NCBI GenBank assembly: GCA_016906335.1
Contig: JADEYG010000002.1
Span: forward strand, 1 to 64,000
Direction of reading: 5' to 3'
Length of the DNA stretch: 64,000 nucleotides
Source of the DNA: Novakomyces olei
Taxonomy: Eukaryota
In this document: piece by piece, positions 12,001 through 24,944 of the stretch
Numbering within the stretch: position 1 is the stretch's first letter
Layout of the letters: each line of letters begins with the position of its first letter
Program-made: the position numbers and the translations under genes
The notes under the pieces: model-generated
The model's database searches: none
Told to the model about the DNA's origin: nothing
The model's input: only the letters and a program-made list of their open reading frames with translations

Positions 12001-13074
12001 TTAGCAAGCCATACCCAGAATGGCCGAAAGTGCTTGATGATCTGCACGGCTCTCGTATTTTGATCGCAGGTACTTTGCACGTGCCATATTGCGAGCATGA
12101 TGTGGGCGTGCTGCATTACTTGGGATGCTGTCTGCTCCTTCCGCAGAGCTGCCCAGTAATAATCGTCCTTTAGGCTTTTCATCACCTTTTTCTCGGGTAT
12201 TCCTTTTGTCCTCTTTTTCCTTCCTCTCTTCCTTGTCCCGTCGGGGCCTCTCCTTTGTCCCTTCACGCTTTACAATATTTGACCGGGACGACTGCGCGCA
12301 CTTTTTGGTCTCAGCACCTTTTTCCTTTCTGCTTTTCTTGTACTCTTTGCGTTCCTTTTTTCTCTTTTTCCTGTCTTTATCTGCTTTCTGGTTCTGCTCA
12401 AAACTTCCAACACCTTCGTCTATACCATCATTAGACGGCAAACCAAACATATTATCTTGAGTGTCTTGTACAATCTTGTCTCTAGTCTTTTGCTTCTTTT
12501 GCTTCTTTTGCTTCTTTTGCTTCTTTTCTTTCTTTTCTTTCTTCCCCTTTTTCCCTCCTTTATCTTCATAATCCATGCCATCATTGGCCTCTAACTTGCG
12601 TTTCCTCGTCTTCTTACGTAGCGCATCCTGCAGTCTCGTAAACTCAGATTCAACGACATCACCACGTACAAAGTGTCTCCCTAAAGCTGCCGATTTTAAT
12701 CCTTTTGCCACCAACTCTGCTTGCTCCGCAGAGAGATCAATTGTTCTTGCCAATTCTGCCTTTTCCATTTCCATGACTCCATACTGTGCCGAGTCGGAGT
12801 TGAGTCGACCAAAGATGGCATTGAAGGCGCCTAATCCATCCCAGGACTGTACGTGTTCCGCACTAGCTCCGATCCCAGCTCCGTCCTGGTTTGCTCGCAC
12901 TTTTAAGTTTTCCACTAGTGCAGTCTTGGCTTGTGTTGTACCTAATCCACTGCCCGGCCGCCAACCAAGAGCAGATAGTTGTCTAAAGCCAAAACGGTGC
13001 TCATTATGCGCCCAATGCGTGTTCCGGGGATCTTGTCGGATGACCGTTTTGCGCCTTGGGCCAGCGAGCCCCAT
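12001..13074 (-). CDS. PXR1: G-patch protein Pxr1/Gno1 (PinX1 homologue)
   Basis: MGLAGPRRK..DPRNTHW..FG..LGWRPGSGLG G-patch N-terminus and KKE-rich C-terminus. Confidence 0.9.
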   Translation of the reverse strand: MGLAGPRRKTVIRQDPRNTHWAHNEHRFGFRQLSALGWRPGSGLGTTQAKTALVENLKVRANQDGAGIGASAEHVQSWDGLGAFNAIFGRLNSDSAQYGVMEMEKAELARTIDLSAEQAELVAKGLKSAALGRHFVRGDVVESEFTRLQDALRKKTRKRKLEANDGMDYEDKGGKKGKKEKKEKKQKKQKKQKKQKTRDKIVQDTQDNMFGLPSNDGIDEGVGSFEQNQKADKDRKKRKKERKEYKKSRKEKGAETKKCAQSSRSNIVKREGTKERPRRDKEERKEKEDKRNTREKGDEKPKGRLLLGSSAEGADSIPSNAARPHHARNMARAKYLRSKYESRADHQALSAILGMAC

Positions 13075-13870
13075 GCTTGTAAAATTTAGTCTGGCAGAGG
13101 AAAATATGGATTGATTATTGTATAGATAAAAAAGTGTATAAATTGGGGTTATCATATGAATACTGCTATTTAGAAGTTGTAAGGGTCATGTTTAAGTAAA
13201 TTTGTATTCCTCCTCCTACATTGCAAATTAAACTATGTTTAGTTAGCAAAATAAGTCAGTTTCAGATAATCATCGTTCAATTGCCTATGCTTGAAATTTG
13301 TACGGTTCTATTTGCTGAGCTGCTCACTTGATCAATGAACTATTTAAGCGCAGTTTGCATGCTATCATCTCTTGATCTCATTTACTGTGTAAACTTGCGA
13401 TACATTCAACAAATTTCGACGAGCCCAAAACATCGCCATGTTCCAAACGTATCTAGACATCTTACAATCAGAATATTTTGATGAAATAAGAAAGCGTTTG
13501 CAGAGACGGTAATATCAGTCTATAAACAAATATGCTGAAAAACGATTAAATAAACCTCGACTCACCCTCTCTAAACCCTCATTTAAACGTCACAAACTTC
13601 ATAACAATCCATCAAATCAACTTTTGTCACTCCACGCACCGTTCATTGCCATATAATCTATCAAAACAGTCTATCATAATGGTCTCTCCAAGTCTATATA
13701 CAACCGAGCCTGACCCGTATTTCCTTCTTTAATTTTACAATTTTGCTTTTCTTTCTGGTATTCCTTCTGATCTTTGTGAGCCTTTGTATTAATCTTTATT
13801 CGGTTTGTCATTATACACACTCAAAATTGTTTTCCGATTTTTATGTTTCCCATCATTATATCATTCCATA

Positions 13871-15126
13871 TCATTTCTGGGCCGAATCTGTACTCATATG
13901 ACTGGAAAAATACCCCGAGTCCTCAGTCGCACCAGTGCGCTTGAGGAACGGCGGCTCTTCCAACGGCGGATTGCGTATGCCCTGGTGCCGTGCCCTCACG
14001 TTATCATCATCACCTCCACTATCAACACCGGAATGACGAAAAGCTTCAATCGATTTATTAAGCCAAAGCATCGGAAGTTCACGAGAATCATCGTTTGAAC
14101 CCGGATTATCGTTCAGAATTTGCTTAAGAGGCGGTAGTCTCAAACTTTGATGAGGCTTTTCTTGTAAAACAGGTGGCTCACTGTTTTTATTCAATTCAGT
14201 CTCCGTTTCATGCACACTCCAGCGCGACCAAATTGCAGCACTGCTAAAAGGCGAGATGGAAGGCTTTGGAGAATTAGAACTTGCGTCCCTGTTTGTCTGG
14301 CTATTGTTGATTCTTTTATCAATATTATCAATATTATTATAATCATCATTATTATGGCTTTTGTTCTTGTTGTTGTCGTTATTTTTCATGTTTGTATTCG
14401 CAATGATTCCGTCCCCTTCCTTTGCAGCAATATGATGTGACGTTAAAGTAAGAGTGCCTTCCCGATAAAATGCTGCCAAGTACCTTTGGTGCTCGGCGTA
14501 CTGCGCGCTTGATTTGTACGCTTCCAACTCTGCCAAGTAATCTTCTCGCTCAATGGCCGCCTGATGCTCAAGCCGTTTATGCTCTCTTGCAGGTAACGAT
14601 TTCCACCGAGTAGCTATATGTTTCGAAGTATCGACAAATGATAAACTTGTGGTTGATGACCGTCGTAATTCTTCCCGAACAAAATTTGCAAAAGTAATGT
14701 ACGCACTGCACGGCCGCTTAGGTGCGTGAGGATCAGGCTACAAGTTAATTATATGAATGAAGAAAAATAGACAAAATAAACAATTATGATAATCATTTTT
14801 CCTCTTACCTTTGGATGCCTTCTGTACCTCCGCTTGTGCCTACCACCATCATATTCCCGTGTACGAAGAGACTCAGCTGCGCGTAGCAGCTTTTGCTGTT
14901 GTGAAGTCGAGGTACCGAAACGCACAAAATCTTCAGTATTACAAGCCGAAAATGCCTGTTTATTCTCTATTCCGTGAGATGTGAAGAGAGGTATTAACTC
15001 CTGCACTCCAAACTCTGCAAGGAGATCCCGGAGGTCAGATGAGCCATTTTGATCTACGGCGCTAATGTTCGATCTTCCAACGTCCGGCCCACTGTCTGGC
15101 TTATCGCCCCATACATGGCTTTCCAT
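13871..15126 (-). CDS. HMG-box protein with N-terminal SAM-like domain; exons 15126-14809 and 14737-13871
   Basis: KRRYRRHPK/PDPHAPKRPCSAYITFANFVREEL..IATRWKSLP HMG box; intron GTAAGA..TTAAC..TAG in phase 0. Confidence 0.85.
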
Positions 15127-15569
15127 TTCGATTGGCCGTTCAAAATAACCAAAGATTCACATGAGACCAGGATGATAAAGATAAAATGTATAAAGGAGTC
15201 AGATGCTAGTGACGTGTGCTCGACACCACTGACCTCATCTACTCCTGTAACAAAGGCTTTCGATCTCTAAACTGCTGTAAATACTGCTTTTGTTGAGGCA
15301 GCTACTCAAAGATCCTTGATAAGCTGAAGTATTGGTTCTATTTTCTTGATAATTGTGACCTTCAGTTTGCTTGCAATCAGATTCTTTGACCAATTTCATT
15401 CGCCTCACTCTATCATCGCCCTGATAAATATTTTTGGCCGGATACAAGAAACTGTATTACATGTTGAGAGTATTAATGTTGAGATTAATATATGAAAGTG
15501 CTTAAGCTCAACATTTGCGTTATGATAATCTAACACTGGGTTTCCCGCGGTTTATTTCCTTGTAGCTAC

Positions 15570-15706
15570 TGTTATAGTAGAACCCAAACTTAGACTAGGT
15601 TTAGGGTTTGTTACGGTTAGTTTGGTAAACCCGGATTGGCTGGAGTAAGAATACACACATATATAGCCTACATAGCCTACAAGAAAATAATCAATCCGAC
15701 TTAACA
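15570..15706 (+). mobile_element. Solo LTR of copia family A
   Basis: TG..CA ends, GCTAC TSD, matches LTRs 24725-24845 and 29327-29447. Confidence 0.9.
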
Positions 15707-16025
15707 GCTACTTCAATCACTAACTTGAAGAGATTATTATTGAAAGTGGTGTCCAAGGGGAATGAAAGATGCATTTTCTCGTCTACCCGTGGTCTGTAAA
15801 TAAGAGACTCATTCTCCCGCAGTTCAAATATTAATCTTAGTGCTTTAAAGACATCACTGATTCAAGACGCCGTTACCCTATAATTTCGCCTATACTGCAA
15901 TAGCGCGCTGCGACCTTGCCTCATTTCAACAGAGTTAGGTTACTCTTAAATATTGGTTTCGGTCCTAACATATTGTTAGGAATATACATGCTTCATCCAT
16001 AGGGTTAGTTAGGTTAAAAAGATAT

Positions 16026-16268
16026 TTACGCATATAACTTTATGGGTTATATGTATAGGTACCCCCAAGGGAAATGCTGCCTTGCTGTAATGAATCCATT
16101 AGGGTTGGTTAAGGTTTGGGTAATTACAGGATTTTGGGGTTAGGGTTACGCATATAACTTTATGGGTTATATGTATAGGTACCCCCAAGGGAAATGCTGC
16201 CTTGCTGTAATGAATCCATTAGGGTTGGTTAAGGTTTGGGTAATTACAGGATTTTGGGGTTAGGGTTA
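16026..16268. repeat. Perfect 120-bp tandem duplication spanning the start of a degenerate family-C-like LTR
   Basis: 16026-16145 equals 16146-16265; contains TGTAATGAA.. LTR start and telomere-like GGGTT runs. Confidence 0.9.
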
Positions 16269-16638
16269 GGGTTTACCTAACCAAGGATTCTAACCTGGGA
16301 TCCGAACCTAGGATGCGAACCGAGGATCCCAGCCTAAAATTCCCTCTTTATTACTTTTTCCTACTTGTCTATGTTTTCTTATTTACACTCCCGCGCGCTT
16401 ATTTATTGTTATAGCGGATGTGTAGTAGAATCAATCTTAATTTCTAGTTATTGTAAGAACAAATTATATGTTCTTGCCGTGACTAGAACTATCTGCCATA
16501 TTGTTGAGAAGTTGACTCTATATAATTTATATTTAACTCTATCATTTGAAATAATCACTGTCTCTACTTTACTTACTGAAATTTCCTCTAATTTTTACAT
16601 TCTGTCTTTACCAGATTTATTATTGAAAAATAAATATA

Positions 16639-16919
16639 TGATAGAATCCCTATCATGCTAATCCAAAATACAGCTTAACATAAACCAACATTTGGGTTAC
16701 CACATTAACCCCCTTTGCCCTTGTAAGCTGGCCTTCAAGAAGCACCCCCTTTCTTTAGCCAACAGCCTATAAATAGGAGGCACGTTCTTCAACAGAACTT
16801 TATAGTTTAATTAGTTTTTGTTTCTCCTATCAAGCTATTCTACTTGCCTCAGGACATAGACAAGCACACAAGTAAACGCGAATTGTTATTGAGAATTAAC
16901 TATAAGTTGACCGCTAACA
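16639..16919 (+). mobile_element. Solo LTR of family G inside the B' LTR
   Basis: TGATAG..TAACA, similar to 34634-34916, inserted in a TA run. Confidence 0.8.
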
Positions 16920-18403
16920 TATATATCCCTGACAGCGCCTCTGAGCCTTGGGGGACCTCTAACATTCTTTTCTACAATCAGATAGTTAATATCAACCGTC
17001 CGAACTTCAACATAGCTTTAAATAATTCAACAGGCTATGAGCCTGGAAGGTTGACTATTTTATCTTGACAGTAACAAAAAGGTTCTCAATAGCAATTTAA
17101 TAAAATAAATTAAAAAAGCAGCTATGTGTAAGACGGTTCTTACAGCTACAACCGCTGGAGGCCGGTCGTGTATAGTTAAATAGAAGTAAATGTGAAAAGC
17201 ACACCCAAGGAACAGAAAGTGATTACTATAAGGCTTACCAGGAATAATATAATATATTATTCGTTTTCACCTAGGCTCGTAGTACTTGTTTTTGATCTTC
17301 GTATAATTACTATTCTCAAATAGCTATATAAAGTTCTTGGCTTATACTGTACTTGAGCACAACATGTCTATATATTGTATTGTGGAATTAATTGAAGTTA
17401 TGTCGAAGTTCGAACGGTTGATATTACTATCTGACTGTAGAAAAGAATGTTAAAGGTCCCCCAAGGCTCAGAGGCGCTTTCAGGGATATATATATTATTC
17501 AATAATAGATCTGGTAAAGACAGAATGTAGAAATTATGTAATGAACCACTTAGGGTTAGTTAGGGTTGGGGTTATAGATATAGTTTAGGGTTATGGTTCA
17601 TTACATAATTTCTACATTCTGGGATCCCCTCTTCATTACTTACCTTTTTCCCCTCTTTTATTTCGTCTATACACTTCCGCGCGTTTATTTACTTTGCGCT
17701 ATTTATTTGTTTACTTCTTTCCGTTTCCGGCGCAGCCCCTTCGCAGCGTGCTGCGCCTTTCTCCTCCGTCCGTAGCTTATAAATAGCGCCGTGGTGAGCC
17801 CAGCTCCCCACGGGTTAATCTATATAATTTTCTATTCTATAATCTATTCTATTTTCTATCTATTTATTTTCTATTCTATTCAATTTCTCTATTTAATTTT
17901 CTAATATATTTTCTAATATATTTTCTTTTACTTTCAGACGCCTACGTTTCGCTCCGCCTTTCTTCCCTCCTTTCCCCCTTTCCTCACATATTAACCCGTC
18001 ACAAAAAAATTTTCGTACCCGTCTGTTCTGTTTCGTTCCGTTCCGTTACTTAATTTCTTTTACTTGTTTTTGTTCGTTCCTAACCTAGGATCATATCTTC
18101 GGATCTTTCCAAGGATCTTTTCCAAGGAAGACTTTTCTCAATATTGTTTCCTTTCTTTTATTGTCCTAACTATACTTTTCTGTCTTTGACATTTAGTTTC
18201 TACTATTATTATTATCTTGTCTTTGCTCTATCTTTCTTTTTTTCCGAACCAAGGAACGCATCCTCGGATCTTACCTCGGATATTATCCTAGGAAGACTTT
18301 TACTTTGAACTCACCTTCTACTTTGTCAAATCTTTTTATTTCTGCCCTTACAATTCTTTCACGTCTATTATAATATTTCTCCTGATTGGTCTCTTCTTTC
18401 AAG

Positions 18404-19399
18404 ATGGACACCGATCAACCTCAACAACCGGAATTCGAGGCCTTCCTCAATCAGCTCAAGGAGCGCCTCCTCAATCTCGAAGCCGAATCGGCGAGAGATA
18501 AGGCAAAGATCCAGACTCTGGAAGCTATTTCCTCATCGAATCGCGGTCCAACCAAATCATTGGTCCGCGTACCCGACTTTTTTACCGATCGTCGAGCGGA
18601 TCTCAGCTCGTTCCTTGCCCACGTGAAGCTTTACATGATCAGCAATCCTGGTCACTTCCCAACGGACAAACTCAAGGTCCTCTTTGTCGCTTCTCTTTTG
18701 AGAGACTCTGCTTTTCGCTGGTTCCAGCCCTTACTGGACCCTTCCAGCGGCATCGAACCTCCAATTCTTTCCGATTACAGCATCTTCACAAGCGAACTTA
18801 CGCGCATGTTTGGTGACGTTGACAACCAAGCAACGGCAGAAAGAGAGCTTCGGAAGCTTTCCCAAACCGGTTCTGTTGCCAATTATGCGTCTCGTTTCCA
18901 GCAGCTGATGTCTCACCTGCAATTCGACAATGACGCAACTTGTTTCATGTTCTACAACGGATTAAAGGATTACATTAAGGATGAGCTTGCTCGAGAAAGA
19001 CGTCCCCCCTATTTCGAAGATTTGGTTAGCCTTAGCATTCGTCTTGACAATCGCCTTTATGATCGGCGCCTCGAACGCAACTCTACCAATCGCCCTTCTC
19101 GATTCCCTCAGCAGAGCCGATCCTTTCCCTCAACCTTCTCGTCGGCTCCACGAAGCCCCAAGCAAAGCGACGCAATGGAAGTCGACGCGTTAATTACTCA
19201 GCCTCGAAAACTTACGGCTCAAGAGCGCAAACATCGGATCGAAAATAACCTTTGCCTGTACTGCAGCAAAAGCGGCCATTCCATCAACAAATGCCGAAAA
19301 ATCCCCGACAAGCCTAAATTCGCTAGTTCCCTTTCAAATGTGGCTTCCATTTCGTTCACCAAAGGCATTTCTGAAGACCCCTCTTCGGGAAAAGCCTAG
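18404..19399 (+). CDS. gag: Gag of element C
   Basis: Retrotrans_gag-like LSQTGSVANYASRF, FYNGL, DAMEVD, CLYCSKSGHSINKC knuckle; GGGAAAA slippery site at 19387-19393. Confidence 0.9.
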   Translation: MDTDQPQQPEFEAFLNQLKERLLNLEAESARDKAKIQTLEAISSSNRGPTKSLVRVPDFFTDRRADLSSFLAHVKLYMISNPGHFPTDKLKVLFVASLLRDSAFRWFQPLLDPSSGIEPPILSDYSIFTSELTRMFGDVDNQATAERELRKLSQTGSVANYASRFQQLMSHLQFDNDATCFMFYNGLKDYIKDELARERRPPYFEDLVSLSIRLDNRLYDRRLERNSTNRPSRFPQQSRSFPSTFSSAPRSPKQSDAMEVDALITQPRKLTAQERKHRIENNLCLYCSKSGHSINKCRKIPDKPKFASSLSNVASISFTKGISEDPSSGKA

Positions 19400-22300
19400 G
19401 CTCGAACTTCTCTCGGTCGCCCAGCTCGAGCCAGATTGGGCGCATCCCCGCGCATCGAATATTCACCACAAAATCTACTACTCCCGAACAATCGTCGCAT
19501 CTCATTGCGAATACAATTATTTCCTATCACGATCACGAGATACCGGCACGAGCACTGATCGACTCCGGCGCCACTTCCAACTTAGGCCTTCGCTAAACAA
19601 AATCGTCTTCCAACTGAAGCCAAGCAAACGCCCGACCACTTGCGCGGAATCGACGGCTCCCCAATATCGAACGGCCTCGTGACTCATCATACTACTCAAC
19701 TTTCCCTATGTCTCGGTAAATCAAATACCCAGCACCATGAACTTATCCAATTCAATCTCATGCCAATCTCCGGCTATGACCTTATTCTCGGAAAGCCCTG
19801 GTTGGACCTTCACGATCCAAAAATTACGTGGTCCAAGGGCTTAATCCACTTCGACTCTTCATATTGCAAAAAGTCCTGTTTTCGCACAGACTCTTCTATC
19901 CCTATCCATATGGTTGCTTCCTCGACTATGGCGCGACACCTTTTGTCGCCTGAGTCACAATGTTGGCTTGTTAGCGCTGCGACACTTTCGGAAGCCTCAA
20001 CAAACAACACTCCTATTCCGCAACCATACAAGGACTTCGAGAACCTCTTCGACAAGAGAGCTTCTACTAAACTTCCATCCCATCGGCCATGGGATCATTC
20101 CATTCCCCTCCAAGACGGAGTTTCGCCTCCTTACGGACCTATTTATTCCCTCTCAGAGCCTGAGCTTAAAGCTCTCAGAGAATACCTCTCCGAAAATCTT
20201 ACAAACGGTTTCATCCGACCTTCTACTTCGCCTGCGGGTGCTCCCATACTCTTCGTTAAGAAGAAAGACGGCTCACTTCGCCTATGTGTCGACTACAGGG
20301 GCCTTAACTCAATAACAGTTAAGAATCGCTATGCCCTGCCACTCATTTCCGAACTCTTGGATCGAGTTCGAACAGCCAAAATATTTACTCGCCTAGATCT
20401 ACGCGGCGCCTACAATTTGGTACGCATCAAAGAAGGCGACGAGTGGAAAACGGCATTCAGGACTCGCTATGGACATTTCGAATACCAAGTGATGCCTTTT
20501 GGCCTTACAAATGCGCCTGCATCATTTCAAGCGCTGGTAAACGATGTCTTGAGGCCTTATCTTGACCGATCCGTAGTCGTCTACTTAGACGACATCCTCA
20601 TTTACTCCGACAGCCTAAAAGAACATGTGCAACATGTCCGAGAAGTCTTACACAAGCTGCAAGAAGCTAGCTTGTTTGTCAAACTGGAAAAGTGTGAGTT
20701 CCACACTACCCAAACGGAATTTCTTGGGTTCATTATTTCTACAAAAGGAATATCGATGGCTCCAGATAAAGTGCAGGCAGTACAAGACTGGCCTCGCCCA
20801 CAAAATACTACTCATGTTATGGCCTTTCTAGGCTTTGCAAATTTCTACCGACGTTTCATTCATTCGTACAGTAAGATGGCACACCCACTTACTCAACTTC
20901 TTCGAAAAAACGTCCCGTTTGATTGGACCTCAGAGACTCAGACGGCCTTCGATGCCCTTAAATCCTCCTTCGTCTCTGCCCCAATACTTCGTTACTTCGA
21001 CCCCGACGAGCCAGCAGTAGTAGAGACCGATGCTTCTGATTACGCTGTGGCGGGAGTCATTTCTCAAACCGATGACGACAACATTCTTCGCCCTGTCGCC
21101 TATTATTCCCGGAAAATGACGCCTCCGGAACTCAATTACGAAATCTACGATAAGGAAATGTTGGCTATAGTGGCTTGTCTCAAAGAATGGAGAGTATACT
21201 TAGAACAGCCAAGGCACCAGACAATCATCTATACAGACCACCGCAATTTACAACATTTTCTCAAAACTAAACAACTCAACCGACGACAAGTCCGATGGGC
21301 GCAACTTCTAGCCTCATACGACTTCACTATTATATACCGGCCTGGAACCAAGAATGGGAAAGCTGACGCACTGACGCGACGCAGCGACTACCCCCTTACC
21401 AAAAAGGACGATCCCGATCGCTCCCAGCCCCTCTTAAAATCTCATCAGCTAGTATTCGCTGCAAGCGCCACGAATCCCCTATCCGACCTCGAACGGAAGA
21501 TTGTCGCCGCCTACAGCCAAGATAAAAAGCTGAGCGAAATAATCAAGCTGTTGAAGACACCCGAAGCATCAAATCACCTCGGGAAGTACAAACTAACCGA
21601 TTCGGGACTCCTCTTGCTCCAAAACCTCATCGTCGTACCTCAGGATGCCAACCTTCGGCGCCTGATTATCGCGGAAAGCCACGACCTGCCTTCAGCTGGG
21701 CATGGTGGCCAAGCGAAAACACTTGAACTCATATCTCGACAATACTATTGGCCGAAAATCCGCCAACATGTCGACGATTACGTCAATACTTGTGACACGT
21801 GCGCCAGATCAAAGGTCATACGGCACAAGCCTCTCGGGGAGCTCTCTTCTCTCCCCATACCCGAACAACCGTGGAGTTCCATCTCCATGGACTTCATTGT
21901 AAAATTGCCACCTTCATCGGGCCTCTCAAGCACACAGCAATGCGACTCTATTCTCGTCATAGTATGCAGACTTACCAAAATGGCTCACTTCATCCCCTGC
22001 AACGAGTCTATGGACTCTCCGACACTGGCGAACATCTTCATTCAGTACGTCTACAAGCTTCATGGACTCCCGCAAAGTATCATTACGGATCGCGGTTCTC
22101 TATTTGTCTCGCAGTTCACAAAAAGCCTCTGCGCGCAGCTCAAAATCAAGCAAAACATCTCTACGGCCTACCATCCTCAGACGGATGGCCAGACAGAGCG
22201 CCTCAACCAGTCGCTTGAGCAATATCTTCGCGCATATTGCAACTACCAGCAAGACGATTGGGTTACTCTACTCCCATTGGCTGAGTTTGCCTACAATAAC

Positions 22301-22642
22301 GTGTCTCACTCCTCCACCAAAGAGTCCCCGTTCTACGCCAACTATGGCTACCACCCGGTGTGCAATATTCAATTAAACTTGTCTCCAAGCCCAGCAGCAA
22401 ACGAACGCCTACAATATATACGGGCATTGCACAACACCATCAAGGCCGAGCTGGAAAACGCATTAAGCAGCCAAGCCAAATACGCAGATAGGAATCGCCT
22501 ACGCCACGAATTCAAGCCTGGCGACAACGTATGGCTATTCCGTAAACACCTTCGTACGGACCGGCAGTCCGACACTACAAACGTCTCGGACCTTTCCAAA
22601 TACTCGAACGCATCGGTACTCGATCATACAAGCTTGTCATGA
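19387..22642 (+). pseudogene. pol: Pol of element C (PR-RT-RH-IN), disrupted in the protease and truncated at the integrase C-terminus
   Basis: LIDSGATSN at ~19555 then a stop/frameshift; 1000-aa ORF with LRLCVDYRGLN, YLDD, ETDASD, SMDFI, HPQTDGQTER. Confidence 0.9.
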
Positions 22643-24944
22643 TCCTCGCCTTGGCGAGTTCCTGACAACCGCGTTGGGAAGCGAGGGGCGACGCCTGTAG
22701 TCGGACTTGGGATGTCCGCGCGTCGCAAGCTTCGCCAACGCGGCCCAACACTTTGGCTTTTGGCGACCCGTTCGACGCACCCACACACAATCGTGGGGTT
22801 TGCCAAACGCAGTACACCTCGAGCACGGACCAGCAACACTTCTCTTCTGCTCTTCCATTTTGGATGGATCAAATTTTTTCTCACCCTCCTTTTATTCAGT
22901 ATTTGTCGCTACATTACTTATTTGCCCTCACAGGAGTTCGCGCCTCGGAGGGGGGTTATCGTGTAATGAACCACTTAGCGTTAGTTAGGGTTAGGGTTAT
23001 AGATATAGTTTAGGGTTATGGTTAGGGTTTACCCCACCTAGGATCCCTACCTAGGATCCCTTCCTAGGATCCCCTCTTCATTACTTACCTTTTTCCCCTC
23101 TTTTATTTCGTCTATACATTTCCGCGCGTTTATTTACTTTGCGCTATTTATTTGTTTACTTCTTTCCGTTTCCGGCGCAGCCCCTTCGCAGCGTGCTGCG
23201 CCTTTCTCCTCCGTCCGTAGCTTATAAATAGCGCCGTGGTGAGCCCAGCTCCCCACGGGTTAATCTATATAATTTTCTATTCTATAATCTATTCTATTTT
23301 CTATCTATTTATTTTCTATTCTATTCAATTTCTCTATTTAATTTTCTAATATATTTTCTAATATATTTTACTTTCAGACGCCTACGTTTCGCTCCGCCTT
23401 TCTTCCCTCCTTTCCCCCTTTCCTCACAAATTAGAGGAGATTTCAGTAAGTAAAGTAGAGACAGAATTATTCATGTAAAGACAGTAATTATTTCAAATAA
23501 TAGAGTTAAATATAAGTTATATAGAGTCAACTTCTCAACACTCCCCATGACTCTTAGAACTTATGATAAATAAATAAATGATACTGCTAGAGGTTAGATC
23601 CCATAGAATAATAATTGAATAAATTTCGTGAATTTGTTTCCAATTAAATTCTTTGTTAAACCGTCAGCTCTCATCATTTGTGTAGGACATCTATGTAATT
23701 CAATAAATTCTTTTCTTATATAATCCATAACATAGTAACTTGTATTGCTTAAATGTTTCGATCCTTAATAATTTCCTCCAGTATTAGCTAGTAGTATGCA
23801 TGCATTGTTATCGCAATACACTTTTGGTTTATATAGCGTGGGATAATTCAACTCTTCCAATGAATATTTGAAGTAAAGTGATTGATTGATTTTTATTTTC
23901 AATGCTTCAAATTCTGCCATCATGGTACTTGGAGTAACTATTTTCTGTTTTTGTGAATTCCAAGATATAGGGCCATTGTTTTCTCCAATAGATAGAACAT
24001 ATCCAGATCTTGATTTCCTGTCTGTAGTGTCGCCAGCAAAATCTGCGTCTCCCCACGCAAGAATTTCCAGTTTAGGCGTTTTCAGATACGTTATACCATA
24101 GCCAATTATTGAGTTTAGATATCGCATCGTACGATTCAATGCCAATAAGTGATCTTCGCTTTGATACTTGGTGTGTTTACTTAGCATACTGACTGCATAT
24201 CGTAATTCAGGGCGTGTCCACTCAGTCAAGTATATTAACTTTCCAATAATTGTAGCATAGATCTCCAGGTGATCATCCTTATCATCCGTGGGATGATATA
24301 AAGCGTTTACATTAACAATAGGCTGTGATATTGGTTTAAAATTTGATGAAGTGTATTTCTGAACAATTGATTTAGAGTAATTTGATTGAGATAATTGAAG
24401 TATTCCCATATCTCTATCATACGTGATATCCATTCCTAAATAGCGTTTAATCTTTCCCAACGATTTGATTGAATAATATTCCCAATGTTCTTTCAATAAT
24501 CATTAGATCATCGACATAGACAGCAATTATTAAATCATCTCCACAGTATACAGCATTGTCTTTATTTGACTTCTTCAATCCAATCGTTAACGTTGAATGT
24601 AATTCTGTATTCCATGATCGAGGTGCTTGCTTGAGTCCATATTTACTCTTGTTTAGCCTGCAAACCTGATCTTGTCGTCCCGTAATTCCTTCAGGAAGTT
24701 TCATGTATACAGTCTCGTTCAATTTGTTAAGTCGGATTGATTATTTTCTTGTAGGCTATGTAGACTATATATGTGTATACTAAACTAACTCTAACAAACC
24801 CTAGCAAACCCTAAACCTAGTCTAAGTTTGGGTTCTACTATAACACTCCCCCGGAACCCAGACTTGATAGATCCACGTGTTAGGTGAGTCGCCCCCAGTT
24901 TAGTAACATGTAAGCAAGCGCTGTTGAGAGCATTGTAGCACGCA

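Larger units (their letters stand above)
17537..23428 (+). mobile_element. Ty3/gypsy (Tf1/sushi-type) element C; LTRs 17537-17988 and 22962-23428
   Basis: TG..CA LTR pair, AATTA TSD, gag and pol, PPT GGAGGGGGG; inserted in the 3' LTR of B; integrase end replaced by an inverted D-LTR fragment (22636-22750). Confidence 0.95.

Noticed and set aside
12001-13074. Telomerase inhibitor homologue PXR1 close to a telomere
   Set aside because: No sequence evidence that the location is more than coincidence
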